In this document: positions 49,994 through 60,166 of the stretch, piece by piece | How the letters are laid out: every line of letters begins with the position of its first letter | Numbering within the stretch: the first letter of the stretch is position 1 | Notes under the pieces: generated by a model | Told to the model about the DNA's origin: nothing | Database searches by the model: none | What the model saw: only the letters and a program-made list of their open reading frames with translations | Position numbers and translations under genes: made by a program | Virus record (IMG/VR): IMGVR_UViG_3300048033_001096 | Location: 32,001 to 96,000 of that record | Length of the DNA: 64,000 nucleotides | DNA from: a virus | Direction: 5' to 3' (one strand)

Positions 49994-52900
49994 TAGTAGG
50001 TTGTTCCTCTGTTAGTATTATTAATTACATTAGATGTTGAAGTAATCTTAGATGCAGTATCGTCATATGACGAACTTTGGATGCCTGCATTAACTGTTGT
50101 AACTTGGGTTAGTACTGCGCCGTCTGATTTTAGTCTAGATGCTGTTATAGCATCTATTATTTCAACATCTGCTACCGTTGCTCCGCTAATAAACACTTCG
50201 TCAGCTTCGGATTTGATTTCGTATAAGCTACCAAAACTTTGACTTTCTTGATTTGGTACAATAACAAATGTCGATAAATCTGGTGTCATTTGATACATAA
50301 CATAATTTGCAAGTTCTGAAAAGTAAAATGTTTCGCCAAATTCCCAGTTTTCTAGTGCAAAAAACTGGTTAATCGCAGTAACAATACGTGATTTAATATC
50401 ATTATCATTTAAGACTTTGTCTTTATTTTTAACAACTTTAAAAGTAGCTTGCAAATCTTCTTGTGCCTCATTTCCAAATAGTATCTTATACTTAACTGGA
50501 TGATATATAATTTCATCTGTAAGTGATTTTATTTGATTTAGATCGTTAGCATATGCTATAAACAAATCGTCGCTGCTCGGAGGCAAAGGTTTGTTAATTG
50601 TTTTCTCTTGTAGCCACAATCTGTAGTTATTATCATAATTTCTATCGAGTAAAAACATATCAATAATATTACTTGCACTAGGATCAATTCTAGCTTCAGC
50701 ACTTGCTGCATGATAATATCTAAATTTAAGATTACTTCGACCTTGACGTGCTTTATAATTGGCACTTATATTTAATTTTAAAGTAGATTGATCTAATACT
50801 TCAAAAATATCTAAATCAATATAATAAAAAACTTGTCCATCATTGTATTCACTAAACGGACGTAATTCTGATTTAGAATTTAATATTAAAACCTTGTCAG
50901 TAGAATTATCAACATAATTAAAGTCTTCTACTCCGTCAATTGATGTTATTTTTTCAAAAATAACATATTTTTGTTTAGTGTTAACATCTGGATTAACAAT
51001 TTCTTCAAACAAATCAGCATCGTCAACAATGCCGTCTTCGTCAGCATCATAAAAACTTACTTCTATTTTTTTACTATCAACATAACCTTCAGCATCTTTA
51101 TATGCATCAACAATTTCCCAATCAAAATCTTGGGTAAATGCTGATATACTATCAGGAGATGGATTAATACTTAAAATAGTAATAGCATCTTTAATAATTT
51201 TTCCAGTTTTACTATCATAAATTTTTTCTAAAGGATCATAATAAAACTTTATTTCTTTATCACTTTCAAACACATATCTCATCGAACGATATGTAATAGT
51301 AAAACGCTCGTTATCGTTTTCAAAAAGTAATAACCAACTTGCATCTAATTGTTGATTAGTAGTATCGCCTGTTTTACCAGTACTAAAATCTGTTCCAACT
51401 GATAAGTTATTTTCGGTTACTAGCCTCCATTCGCTACTAGTTTGATCAAAACGTAGTCCAAACGTCTTATATGCAAAAATTTGATCGATTACCTGTTGCT
51501 TAACACTCGCCACTAAATTATTAGAAACGGCCGGTTTAATTTCTTTTAATATTGCACCTGTAGGTATTTCGTCATTAAGATAAACTGACCCAGTTCCGTC
51601 TTCTCTGTCTTCAATTCCAGTACCGTTAACAGATAACACTTTAACCCATTTATAAGTTAAATCTCCAAGGTCGTTTGCAGGACCATTTACTATTTCTAAT
51701 TTACTATTAAAATGTTTTCCAGTCGGTGGAATAAATTTAATAAGTACGCCTGGTTTTATTAATGAAAGAATTGACGAAGTAAATGATCCAAGTTTAGACG
51801 GAATTCCGTCTACACTTTTAAAATATCCTGTAACTAAATTAGTTTCTGCTGTAATGGTTGCCCAATTGATTAACAAGTCTTCTGTTAATATTTTAGGAAA
51901 TTGATCAAAGTAAAAATTTCTTACTTTCTTGTCATTTAGTATTGGCAATAATGTATTTTCAATTGCACCTTCAATATCAGTTTTTGTGTTAAATGATATA
52001 TTTGCAAGTTTATTATTATATTCTTTATAAACAACTCCGTCATTACCGTACAACGTAGTTTGACTATATTTTCCAGTAGCGTCAATTAAATCAAAATATC
52101 TACTAATGCCACTAGATGTTCTGTTTACAGACTTTGCTTTTACAATGTTTTGACTTATGCCCAATGGTCCAATTTGATAATCTTCACCAGTAACCATTCG
52201 ACTTTGTGTATAATATGTACTTGGTGCATTAAATCTTACACTGTCAGTTGATTCAGACTCAGCACCGTTATCTACAGTATACTTTAAATTGTATGTAAAT
52301 GTAATTGCTTCATTTTTTCCTGATTTTGATGTATAAGGAAAAGTTAGTAAAATATTAGTAAAATCTTTTGGGACAACTTTAATTGAATTATTTGCACTTG
52401 TTCTATAATAAACCCTAAAAGACCCTTGCGGTAAGTTTCCAAAAATTCCGTCACTAAACATTAAACTTATTCTATCGTCGACCCTTGTTAAGACAGAATA
52501 TATGTTCTTTTTATCTTTATTTAAATTGTTGTAAATTATGTTGTTGCCTTGCATTGCTTGTACTTTTGACCATAACTCACTTTCAAATCCATTAGTATCA
52601 AGTTGATAAAGCCAAACATCAGTATCGTTGATATCAGGTGATTCAACAGTAATAGATTGATTCGAACTAGGATTAGATACAGTAAACACACCTTGCTCTA
52701 AATTGCCCTGTCTAAAGTGTGAAAAGAATCCAGTGTTAGGACTTGAAATTCCTTTACCGTCATCTTTATATATAAATGCAAATTTATTTCCTGGAAATGG
52801 TGCTTCTTCTTCAACTTCTGTATCTGTTACATCGGTTGACACGATCTCAAACGGAAAACTTGCTCCGTCAATAACTTTGTTAAATTTATATACAGGAATA

Positions 52901-53484
52901 TCATCGTTTAAACTATTAAGTCTGTATTGTTCTGTTGATACTCCTGATATTATTTCTTTTTTTGTTGGACGACCAAATGTGTTGTTTGACGGCATTGCAG
53001 AATTCATTACTTTTATAAACTGCTCATACCAGTCAGTGTTCGTTGAGTCGTTCCAAACAATTGTTTGTCCAGATAAATTGTTTCCGTTAGAATCAAAAAT
53101 TTCTTCTGTTGTCTTAATACCTTCAAGTTTTAATAATCCGTTAGTTGCTTGATTTCGTTTTGGATTGTATGACAACAGCCGCGCTAAACGTAGTACACTT
53201 TCTCTTCTATCAGCTAGTTCTAAATAGTTTTCTCTAGCATTTAAATCGACACGGAAAGCAATGTTTTGTCCTAAAAATGCAATAAGGTCAACTAGTGCCA
53301 AATACTCACTTGATTCAATGTAATCGTTAAAATCTTCAGGATAGTTATCTCTAAGATATTGTATCATTGTGCGGCGAAGATTATCAAAATCATAAGATTT
53401 AAAATCTGCATTACGGAATGACTGGTAAACTCGTTTCCAATCTTCGGCTAATAATAGTCTATTTTGTCTATCTGTAGATGACAT
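49993..53484 (-). CDS. Baseplate wedge subunit, T4 gp6-like
   Basis: DFDNLRRTMIQYL...FNDYIESS...ARENYLELA..RESVLRLARLLSYNP; GAESES...APSTYYTQSRMVTGEDY; follows gp25. Confidence 0.8.
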   Translation of the reverse strand: MSSTDRQNRLLLAEDWKRVYQSFRNADFKSYDFDNLRRTMIQYLRDNYPEDFNDYIESSEYLALVDLIAFLGQNIAFRVDLNARENYLELADRRESVLRLARLLSYNPKRNQATNGLLKLEGIKTTEEIFDSNGNNLSGQTIVWNDSTNTDWYEQFIKVMNSAMPSNNTFGRPTKKEIISGVSTEQYRLNSLNDDIPVYKFNKVIDGASFPFEIVSTDVTDTEVEEEAPFPGNKFAFIYKDDGKGISSPNTGFFSHFRQGNLEQGVFTVSNPSSNQSITVESPDINDTDVWLYQLDTNGFESELWSKVQAMQGNNIIYNNLNKDKKNIYSVLTRVDDRISLMFSDGIFGNLPQGSFRVYYRTSANNSIKVVPKDFTNILLTFPYTSKSGKNEAITFTYNLKYTVDNGAESESTDSVRFNAPSTYYTQSRMVTGEDYQIGPLGISQNIVKAKSVNRTSSGISRYFDLIDATGKYSQTTLYGNDGVVYKEYNNKLANISFNTKTDIEGAIENTLLPILNDKKVRNFYFDQFPKILTEDLLINWATITAETNLVTGYFKSVDGIPSKLGSFTSSILSLIKPGVLIKFIPPTGKHFNSKLEIVNGPANDLGDLTYKWVKVLSVNGTGIEDREDGTGSVYLNDEIPTGAILKEIKPAVSNNLVASVKQQVIDQIFAYKTFGLRFDQTSSEWRLVTENNLSVGTDFSTGKTGDTTNQQLDASWLLLFENDNERFTITYRSMRYVFESDKEIKFYYDPLEKIYDSKTGKIIKDAITILSINPSPDSISAFTQDFDWEIVDAYKDAEGYVDSKKIEVSFYDADEDGIVDDADLFEEIVNPDVNTKQKYVIFEKITSIDGVEDFNYVDNSTDKVLILNSKSELRPFSEYNDGQVFYYIDLDIFEVLDQSTLKLNISANYKARQGRSNLKFRYYHAASAEARIDPSASNIIDMFLLDRNYDNNYRLWLQEKTINKPLPPSSDDLFIAYANDLNQIKSLTDEIIYHPVKYKILFGNEAQEDLQATFKVVKNKDKVLNDNDIKSRIVTAINQFFALENWEFGETFYFSELANYVMYQMTPDLSTFVIVPNQESQSFGSLYEIKSEADEVFISGATVADVEIIDAITASRLKSDGAVLTQVTTVNAGIQSSSYDDTASKITSTSNVINNTNRGTTY

Positions 53485-53507
53485 TGCTGTTCCTTATCTT
53501 ATTGTAA

Positions 53508-53513
53508 TATTTA
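53508..53513 (-). promoter_or_regulatory. Late promoter core TAAATA
   Basis: In a 55-bp gap, upstream of the AAGGA RBS of the gp6-like gene. Confidence 0.55.
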
Positions 53514-53539
53514 GCAGTTTTAATAAACTACGTATATAA

Positions 53540-53995
53540 TTATTCAGTTAAAAATCCAGCATTTTCGTCGAATTGAAACTGTAGTTTTTCTGTTATAGCG
53601 TATGGCAAATATACAAGCTCGCACGATATTTGTAAGCCGTTTTCGTAGCTGTCAACGATAATTTGATTAACACTTACTCTAGGATCATAGTTAATAATAG
53701 AAGACACATCTTGTGTTACTAAATTTCTAACCTGTTCAGTTAATGGTTCAAAAAGTACATCCCATATAATAGTTCCAAATTCAGGATCACTAAGTTTTTC
53801 GCCTTTTCTAATATGAAAATGATTTACAATATTTTGTTTAATTAATGAAATATCATAAAGTGTACTGCTTTCCGAATCAGATTCTAATCCTACTGTACTA
53901 AACCCTTTGTAAGTTGGACTTTTTGTATATAGTTGATCTTGTTTTCCTGATTTAACATTAATTTGTTTATAAAGAGATTTTTCAGTTGTACTCAT
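53540..53995 (-). CDS. Baseplate wedge subunit, T4 gp25-like
   Basis: LIKQNIVNHFHIRKGEKLSDPEFGTIIWDVLFEP...IINYDPRV. Confidence 0.9.
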   Translation of the reverse strand: MSTTEKSLYKQINVKSGKQDQLYTKSPTYKGFSTVGLESDSESSTLYDISLIKQNIVNHFHIRKGEKLSDPEFGTIIWDVLFEPLTEQVRNLVTQDVSSIINYDPRVSVNQIIVDSYENGLQISCELVYLPYAITEKLQFQFDENAGFLTE

Positions 53996-54004
53996 AGTTT
54001 ACCC

Positions 54005-55759
54005 TCACTTCTTAAATGTATCTGGTATTGTTGGAAATTTAAATTCTGACTCTTCGGATTCTTGTCGCCTTGTTTCTTCAGATCTAGTTTCGTCTGGTAT
54101 ATACGTTAATGGGTCAAGATTTTCGTGGTCCTTCCAAGGCTCGTGTTGCGGGACTCTTTTTGGATAAAATGCTTCATCTGCATCTTCAAAATCATCTGGT
54201 TTTTCTGCGTCAGTAAATTTTAAACTTGCTCGTTTATATGAAGGAGTATTAGCTGTTACAGAGCCTTGAGTTATAGGTCTACTAGCTCTAATATTATTTC
54301 CTCCTAAACCTAAAGTACCCTGTGCGTATGTATTAATATTTCCGTTTGAATTAAATTCAATTCTTCCTGCACGAATGCCCGCTGCTTGGAAAATTCTAGC
54401 CATCCATTTATCTCCTACAAAACTAAAATTTTGGCCACTAAAGTTTGTATCAATTGTCGACTGCGAATTAAGTTCTTTCTGTTGTAAATCTAATTGAAAA
54501 TCTGTTCTTAAAGATGTATTTCCTGCTACTGAAAAAGTTAAATCATTATCTGTTTTTAGATTATCATTATTTTTTACAAATGTTTTTCGATCTTTATTTA
54601 CTGTTACTAACATATTTTCATCAACACTTATTTTATAATCTAGATCAATTTTCATTGTTGTATTTTCTAAAGAATGCATTTTTATATTTTTATCTGCAAT
54701 AATATTAATATCTTCTTTAGCCGAAAAATTAATATCACGTCCTGCATTAAAATTTAAATCATTATCGGTGTTTACGCTTATACTATCTTCTGCGTAGATG
54801 TCAATTTTTCCGTTAGCAGACATTTCAATCCAACTTTTTCCACTACCATGCGAAATATAAATTAAATCTTCTGAGTTATGTAATAAAATTTGGTGACCGT
54901 TTCGTGTTCTTAATCTAATTAACTCATTAGCAGGAATTTTTGTATTACCGCTCCGATCACCGCGTTCTAAATTAGCATATTCTAACGGGCCTGCTTCGTC
55001 GCCGCCTGCTGGTTTTTTTCTAAACAACGACATGTCACCGTCGTCCATTACAAATGAAGACCCGCCTAAACGATTAAAAGGAGCATTAATTGAAGTTCCT
55101 GGAGTTGGTCCGTATGAATGAGTTGGTCCATCTAAATCATGCGGCCCTGGCGTACTTATACCAAATACCATACTCGGTGCTTCTCTTCTAGCACTCGATG
55201 TGTTTGATCCTCTAATGTGATCTTCTAATAATCCAGCATCTCTAAGTTTATCTCGCCTGTCAAGATCGACTGGTTTTTCAATTTGTGTCACATCTTTACC
55301 GTCAACATTATCAGAACGTTTATTATACTCTCCAACTGCTATTGCTATTGACGGGTCAGCTGAGTTGTATGTTGTTGCTGCATTGCCTGGGGTCATAAAA
55401 TTCATTCCAACATCAGGAACACATCCTACCCAGTATGCATTACTAAAGTCACCTTCAGGCATTAATACAAGTACTTGTGTTCCTATATCAGGAGGAACTG
55501 CCCAAAATCCGTAACTTTTTTGAGTGCTTGCATAATCACTATTTCGACTAGATCCCGAATATGGTGTTTGACCATAAAAGGGACTTGCATATTTACAGTT
55601 TACTGTTTCGCCTGCAAAACTTCCGCTTGTTGACCTTCTTAATATTTCAACTTGCAGACCTCCCATAAAAGTAGTGTCTAAGTGACTTACTACTTTTCCG
55701 AGAAATACTCCAACAGTATTTCTTTGTTGATTTGGATTACTTCGTTGTTCTGTTGCCAT
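54005..55759 (-). CDS. Baseplate central spike, gp5/VgrG-like (OB fold plus beta-helix, no lysozyme domain)
   Basis: GKVVSHLD...SYGFWAVPPDIGTQVLV...YWVGC; RTRNGHQILLH; 8-residue beta-helix repeats. Confidence 0.8.
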   Translation of the reverse strand: MATEQRSNPNQQRNTVGVFLGKVVSHLDTTFMGGLQVEILRRSTSGSFAGETVNCKYASPFYGQTPYSGSSRNSDYASTQKSYGFWAVPPDIGTQVLVLMPEGDFSNAYWVGCVPDVGMNFMTPGNAATTYNSADPSIAIAVGEYNKRSDNVDGKDVTQIEKPVDLDRRDKLRDAGLLEDHIRGSNTSSARREAPSMVFGISTPGPHDLDGPTHSYGPTPGTSINAPFNRLGGSSFVMDDGDMSLFRKKPAGGDEAGPLEYANLERGDRSGNTKIPANELIRLRTRNGHQILLHNSEDLIYISHGSGKSWIEMSANGKIDIYAEDSISVNTDNDLNFNAGRDINFSAKEDINIIADKNIKMHSLENTTMKIDLDYKISVDENMLVTVNKDRKTFVKNNDNLKTDNDLTFSVAGNTSLRTDFQLDLQQKELNSQSTIDTNFSGQNFSFVGDKWMARIFQAAGIRAGRIEFNSNGNINTYAQGTLGLGGNNIRASRPITQGSVTANTPSYKRASLKFTDAEKPDDFEDADEAFYPKRVPQHEPWKDHENLDPLTYIPDETRSEETRRQESEESEFKFPTIPDTFKK

Positions 55760-58125
55760 TATGTTGTATCATCCGGTCCTTGTGTTCGATTGCCAATTCT
55801 ATTAAATTGGGATCCTTGTGTAAGTGTTGCGCCGCCGCCGCCAAGAAGTTTGTTAATAAGTGCGCCAGCAACACTTTCAATAGATATATCTTGATTTCTA
55901 TTTCTGGCAAGCTCTAATGTTTGAGTAAACTGGCCATTATCAAAATTATTTTCAACTTTTATAACTCTATATATTCCGCTAAACATTGCAATAGGCAAAA
56001 ATCCACCAAGGGGATATTCGACAAATCCGTCACTTTCGTTATAATCAATTGGTGTTTTAAAGTTTAATATAATATAAACTTCTCCGTCCATTGGATTCAT
56101 GCTGCCGTCGATTGTAACTGGTAATAAAGGAGAACTTGGAAGTCCTAAATAATTTCCAATTCCTACATCACATATAAAATACGGATCTCCGTGTATTTTT
56201 AATTTTGCTTGGATCATATCGTTTGACGAATTAATCATCATTTCGTTAAAATATCTAGCCGACCCAGTTAATGCATCATCAAAACCATTACCACCGTTTG
56301 CGCCTGTATTTCCTTGTGTTGATGTTCTAGCAGTGTCTTCAGTTCGTCCTCCGCTTGATGCAGAAGTGTTAACAGAAAGATTGTTACCAGTTGTTACAAC
56401 TGTATCAGTTTGTTTTTGTCCAAGACCTAATTGACTACCTAGTCTTTGTAAAATTTGTTTTTGAGATCTAGCAGCATTTACACCTGTAAAAAACATTTGA
56501 TCAAACTTTAAATCAAAATCGATAACATCTTTATTTTGTCCAGTGTAAATGTAGCTATATGCTTTTGGTGTTAATAACTGTTTAATAAATGTTTTTGTAA
56601 AAGATCCATTGTTTGGTGCAGAATAGTTAGATCCGTCTGATATCCATTTTCTAACCCTATATACAAAGATTTTTGGATCTCGACCAGTTATTAGTCCTCC
56701 AAACAAACTACCAGCATTATATGTCTGTGCTTCAATTCTAAACCATTCTATTCCGCCTGCCATATTTGCTCGCATACGTGCATAGTTTCTTCCATATTCC
56801 GAAGAAATTATAACCTCTTCAATCATTTGAGGGATTGTTGTTCCCGATTCAAATGTATAAACGTTTGCTTCAGGATCGTACGAAATAGATCCTCGTTTTA
56901 GCCTTCCAGGGTTGGCCGGATCTTCTGCAAAAGAAGGATATTGGTAAGGTGTATCGCCAGCGTTAAACGTGCTGCCTGGCTCAATTAACGGTGACCGTCC
57001 GATAGCATTCATGTCAGCAATAGCTTCGGCTTTTAATTTGTCACCTAATATAGATCCTAAACTAAAAATATTTGTGTTTTCTGCTAATCTTTCCATAACC
57101 CGAGGAGGTAGGGCACCTTGATCACCAACTAAACCTTGATACCAGTCTTGTATTCCTGTTCCTATTGAGCCTAGCGAACCATTAATTGCACTTGCTACAG
57201 AATTAATAGCGCCGCTAACTGCTCCGAGATTATTTGAATTTGGAAATTGAATTACATACTTGTTTGCAGCGCCACCAGTTTGTCCGGCACTGTCTTGATC
57301 ATCAGCAATTCCGTTAAGTTCTGCTGTTAAACTTTGAGCTCCTGTTTGTAAAACTTCTCCAACTGTGCGTCCTTTTATAGCAACATCAATAGGTATTTCG
57401 ACAGTGTTATTAGTAAGTGCTCTATCAGAATAAGGAGCTGCTTGTACGTGATATACTGCGCCGCCTTCAGAAACTTCCATTTCAACTTGTACTAGCTGTA
57501 TAGGAAAATGTCTTTGACTTAATAAAGACGATGACACATTTCCTTCGTCATCATATCCTATAAATGCAACACTTATTAAAAACGGTGCATCTTGATAATT
57601 TGGATGTCCTGTTACTAAAGAAGCACTTCGCAAGTTGTGAAAGAATTGGCCCATTGAATACGGCTCAATAACTTTAAATGTAATACTAGTAGCATTAGAG
57701 TGTCTTGATCTTGGATTAGGTGCAACTGTGTTTTCAATCATTACATCTTCAATAAAAAATTCTCGTTTTCCACCTAGATCATATAATGACGGAATTGTTG
57801 GTCCGCCTCGGCCACCGCTTCTGATAATTTTAACAAGTGGGCCAAGTATTCGATACGATAAAGGAAAGTTGTATTCTAAATTAGTTAAACACCCTAAGGT
57901 AAAAATAGGAGCATAGCTAGCAAATTTATCTAACTCATTCCTAAATGGAAATATATCTGCTCCGTATAATGCCGACGCTCCGGCCAAACTTGGGTTTTGT
58001 AAAAAGTTATATGCAGTAGCAACTGTGCTACGGTCTTTAACTGTAGACCTATTATTACTACCTACTTCGCCAACGCCAGGGTCTCCAAAAAATATATTAT
58101 TTGAATCATCAGGTACATATGGCAT
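55759..58125 (-). CDS. Baseplate hub protein, gp27-like by position
   Basis: Lies between the gp53-like and gp5-like genes; ITFKVIEPYS, LKIHGDPYF, SGIYRVIKVENNFDNGQFTQTLEL. Confidence 0.6.
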   Translation of the reverse strand: MPYVPDDSNNIFFGDPGVGEVGSNNRSTVKDRSTVATAYNFLQNPSLAGASALYGADIFPFRNELDKFASYAPIFTLGCLTNLEYNFPLSYRILGPLVKIIRSGGRGGPTIPSLYDLGGKREFFIEDVMIENTVAPNPRSRHSNATSITFKVIEPYSMGQFFHNLRSASLVTGHPNYQDAPFLISVAFIGYDDEGNVSSSLLSQRHFPIQLVQVEMEVSEGGAVYHVQAAPYSDRALTNNTVEIPIDVAIKGRTVGEVLQTGAQSLTAELNGIADDQDSAGQTGGAANKYVIQFPNSNNLGAVSGAINSVASAINGSLGSIGTGIQDWYQGLVGDQGALPPRVMERLAENTNIFSLGSILGDKLKAEAIADMNAIGRSPLIEPGSTFNAGDTPYQYPSFAEDPANPGRLKRGSISYDPEANVYTFESGTTIPQMIEEVIISSEYGRNYARMRANMAGGIEWFRIEAQTYNAGSLFGGLITGRDPKIFVYRVRKWISDGSNYSAPNNGSFTKTFIKQLLTPKAYSYIYTGQNKDVIDFDLKFDQMFFTGVNAARSQKQILQRLGSQLGLGQKQTDTVVTTGNNLSVNTSASSGGRTEDTARTSTQGNTGANGGNGFDDALTGSARYFNEMMINSSNDMIQAKLKIHGDPYFICDVGIGNYLGLPSSPLLPVTIDGSMNPMDGEVYIILNFKTPIDYNESDGFVEYPLGGFLPIAMFSGIYRVIKVENNFDNGQFTQTLELARNRNQDISIESVAGALINKLLGGGGATLTQGSQFNRIGNRTQGPDDTT

Positions 58126-58126
58126 T

Positions 58127-58441
58127 TTAAACTCCTAGCGTTCTTGATAACGCATCACCTTGAGGAAGATATATCTTGACACCTGCAACTAAATCATAAA
58201 CTGGATCTTTTAATACATCCATATTACGTTGTGCAAATACCCACCATAAATTTTTTGTTCCATATAAATCATGTGCTAACAAATCCGGTCTATATGTATA
58301 TTGTGTTTGTACTTCGTATAAAATATCGTCAGTACTTTCCGGAATAGGACGTATAGATAATACATCTAAATATAGATTATTAGTTACATTAGTATTAAAC
58401 CAAGGACTATTAGTTTCGTACCTTACATCAACCTTTCTCAT
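58127..58441 (-). CDS. Baseplate wedge gp53-like LysM-fold protein
   Basis: YRPDLLAHDLYGTKNLWWVFAQRN...G.KIYLP. Confidence 0.8.
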   Translation of the reverse strand: MRKVDVRYETNSPWFNTNVTNNLYLDVLSIRPIPESTDDILYEVQTQYTYRPDLLAHDLYGTKNLWWVFAQRNMDVLKDPVYDLVAGVKIYLPQGDALSRTLGV

Positions 58442-59202
58442 TAAATAAATCCTTTTTTACCAACGTATCCGCCGTTTATAAATTCGTCCATACTAAACTT
58501 AGTTATTGATTTTCTGCTGTATGTAGGCTGTACTTGAATATTAATTTGACTTCTTACTGGAACCCAAGTTCCGTTTTCACCAATATCTGTTTGTATATAA
58601 TCAACGTCACTTGGCAAATCAACTGTAAAGTATGTTACTGTTACAGGAATATCTTTAAAGACAAAGTCTCCGTAGCCATTTAATTTTACAACAGGGGGCG
58701 GTGATCCAGCATTAGAAGTTTTTCCGTATGCCATTTTAGTTATACTTCTTAAATAATGAGTTGCTGCAACCCAATATTCTGCTTCTTTTGCATTTTCAAC
58801 AAAAAATTCTCCAATAATACTTATAGCATTCACTTGGCTATTTTGATAAGACGGAAAAGGATAATTACTATGTGTAGGGTGTAGAGAATTATAATTAGCT
58901 GAATGTTCTAATGTAATTTGAGGAGTGTATGGAAACATAAATCCGTCAGTTTCGAGAAGCGGCTGTAATATCGAACTGTTTAAATAATTTGGAGGTAAGG
59001 AAAGTCTAACACGCCAATCTAAATCTGTTTGAGAGCCCCAGTCAGCTTGTACAAAGTTTAAATCAGTCGACGACACTGCTCCTAAAGGAAGATTTCCTCT
59101 ACGCCTTGCAGAAGGATCTGCTATTACATTTGAAACTTGTGCAGGAGTTGACCCAACATTTGGTTGACTTCCACTTAAATTTTCATTACTCGAATTAGCC
59201 AT
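58441..59202 (-). CDS. Tail-tube initiator/baseplate protein (gp48/gp54-like)
   Basis: FPYTPQI...ANY...HSNY...GSPPPVVKLNGYG..VFKDIPVTV; first gene of the baseplate operon. Confidence 0.6.
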   Translation of the reverse strand: MANSSNENLSGSQPNVGSTPAQVSNVIADPSARRRGNLPLGAVSSTDLNFVQADWGSQTDLDWRVRLSLPPNYLNSSILQPLLETDGFMFPYTPQITLEHSANYNSLHPTHSNYPFPSYQNSQVNAISIIGEFFVENAKEAEYWVAATHYLRSITKMAYGKTSNAGSPPPVVKLNGYGDFVFKDIPVTVTYFTVDLPSDVDYIQTDIGENGTWVPVRSQINIQVQPTYSRKSITKFSMDEFINGGYVGKKGFI

Positions 59203-59221
59203 ATTTGTTCTCCTATACTAT

Positions 59222-59227
59222 TATTTA
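59222..59227 (-). promoter_or_regulatory. Late promoter core TAAATA for the baseplate operon
   Basis: Upstream of an AGGAG RBS and ATG 59202. Confidence 0.6.
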
Positions 59228-59228
59228 G

Positions 59229-59257
59229 TTGACAAAATTAACCGAGTATATTATAAT
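59229..59257 (+). promoter_or_regulatory. Consensus sigma70 promoter for the gp55-like gene
   Basis: TTGACA (59229-59234) - 17 nt - TATAAT (59252-59257); GGAG RBS at 59271. Confidence 0.85.
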
Positions 59258-59279
59258 GTTACTAACAACTGGAGAAATT

Positions 59280-60113
59280 ATGCGAAAAGTAAACTATCTT
59301 AACAATAAAGATTTATTAAAACAAATACATATATCAAAGTCAAAATTTTGTAGCTACGTTGAATCAGATTATAACCAATATGATATTATATTACCAAGTG
59401 TAGATAAAATTCATGTAAGGACTATTGCTGAAGCAAAAAGAAATAAAGCTAAACGCCTCGGCGATGCTGACTATCAAGCAAGAAAACTCAAAGGCGAAAA
59501 GGTTAAACAAGCCGATTGTGAAATCGACTACAAGTCTATTACAAAAGAAGAACTTATCTTTCGTATTATGACATTTGATCATATTCCTGACGAACCAGGA
59601 CGTAAAAAAACTCCAAAGACTGTTGCAGATACAAAAGTTAAACTAAATTTTCCACCTTTTCAGCACTACAAGTTTAACGAAGAAGGCGAATTAGTATGTG
59701 TAGGTAAGAGTCACTGGACAGGTGGCATGGAAAACGGACATTTTAGTATGAAACATGCTAGAGCTACTAACGAATTAGCTCGCATGTGGATGAAACTAGT
59801 AGATCGCTATGCTACAAGAGGTAATGTTCGCGGTTATACCTATAATGACGAAATGAAAGGTCAAGCAATACTACAATTATCACAAATTGGCTTACAATTT
59901 GACGAATCAAAGTCAAATAACCCGTTTGCATACTACACTGCCGCTGTTACTAACAGTTTTGTTCGTGTTATTAATTTAGAAAAGCGTAATCAAAACATTA
60001 GAGACGATATTTTAGAAATGAATGACCTAAGTCCTAGTTATACTAGACAACATGCAGGCGAGTGGGAAGCTGCTGTCGAAAGAGAACGAAAAGCAACAGA
60101 GAAAAAATCTTGA
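59280..60113 (+). CDS. Late-transcription sigma factor, T4 gp55-like
   Basis: NYLNNKDLL; NVRGYTYNDEM...QFDESKSNNPFAYYT...NSFVRVINLEK; upstream of gp47/gp46 as in T4-like phages. Start set at ATG 59280 after the RBS. Confidence 0.8.
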   Translation: MRKVNYLNNKDLLKQIHISKSKFCSYVESDYNQYDIILPSVDKIHVRTIAEAKRNKAKRLGDADYQARKLKGEKVKQADCEIDYKSITKEELIFRIMTFDHIPDEPGRKKTPKTVADTKVKLNFPPFQHYKFNEEGELVCVGKSHWTGGMENGHFSMKHARATNELARMWMKLVDRYATRGNVRGYTYNDEMKGQAILQLSQIGLQFDESKSNNPFAYYTAAVTNSFVRVINLEKRNQNIRDDILEMNDLSPSYTRQHAGEWEAAVERERKATEKKS

Positions 60114-60138
60114 CAATACTGTGTTATGACTATACAAT
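60110..60138 (+). promoter_or_regulatory. Sigma70-type promoter for gp47/gp46
   Basis: TTGACA (60110-60115) - 17 nt - TACAAT (60133-60138). Confidence 0.75.
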
Positions 60139-60166
60139 AGTATTGTTAGAATAGAGGAACTATAAT

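Noticed and set aside
53515-53530. Small hairpin TAGTTT-ATTA-AAACTG (minus strand) between gp25 and gp6 as a terminator
   Set aside because: The stem is AT-rich and weak, and there is no U-tract.
59229-59279. 17-aa N-terminal extension of the gp55-like ORF given in the ORF track
   Set aside because: The TTG is the -35 box of the promoter; the RBS supports ATG 59280.
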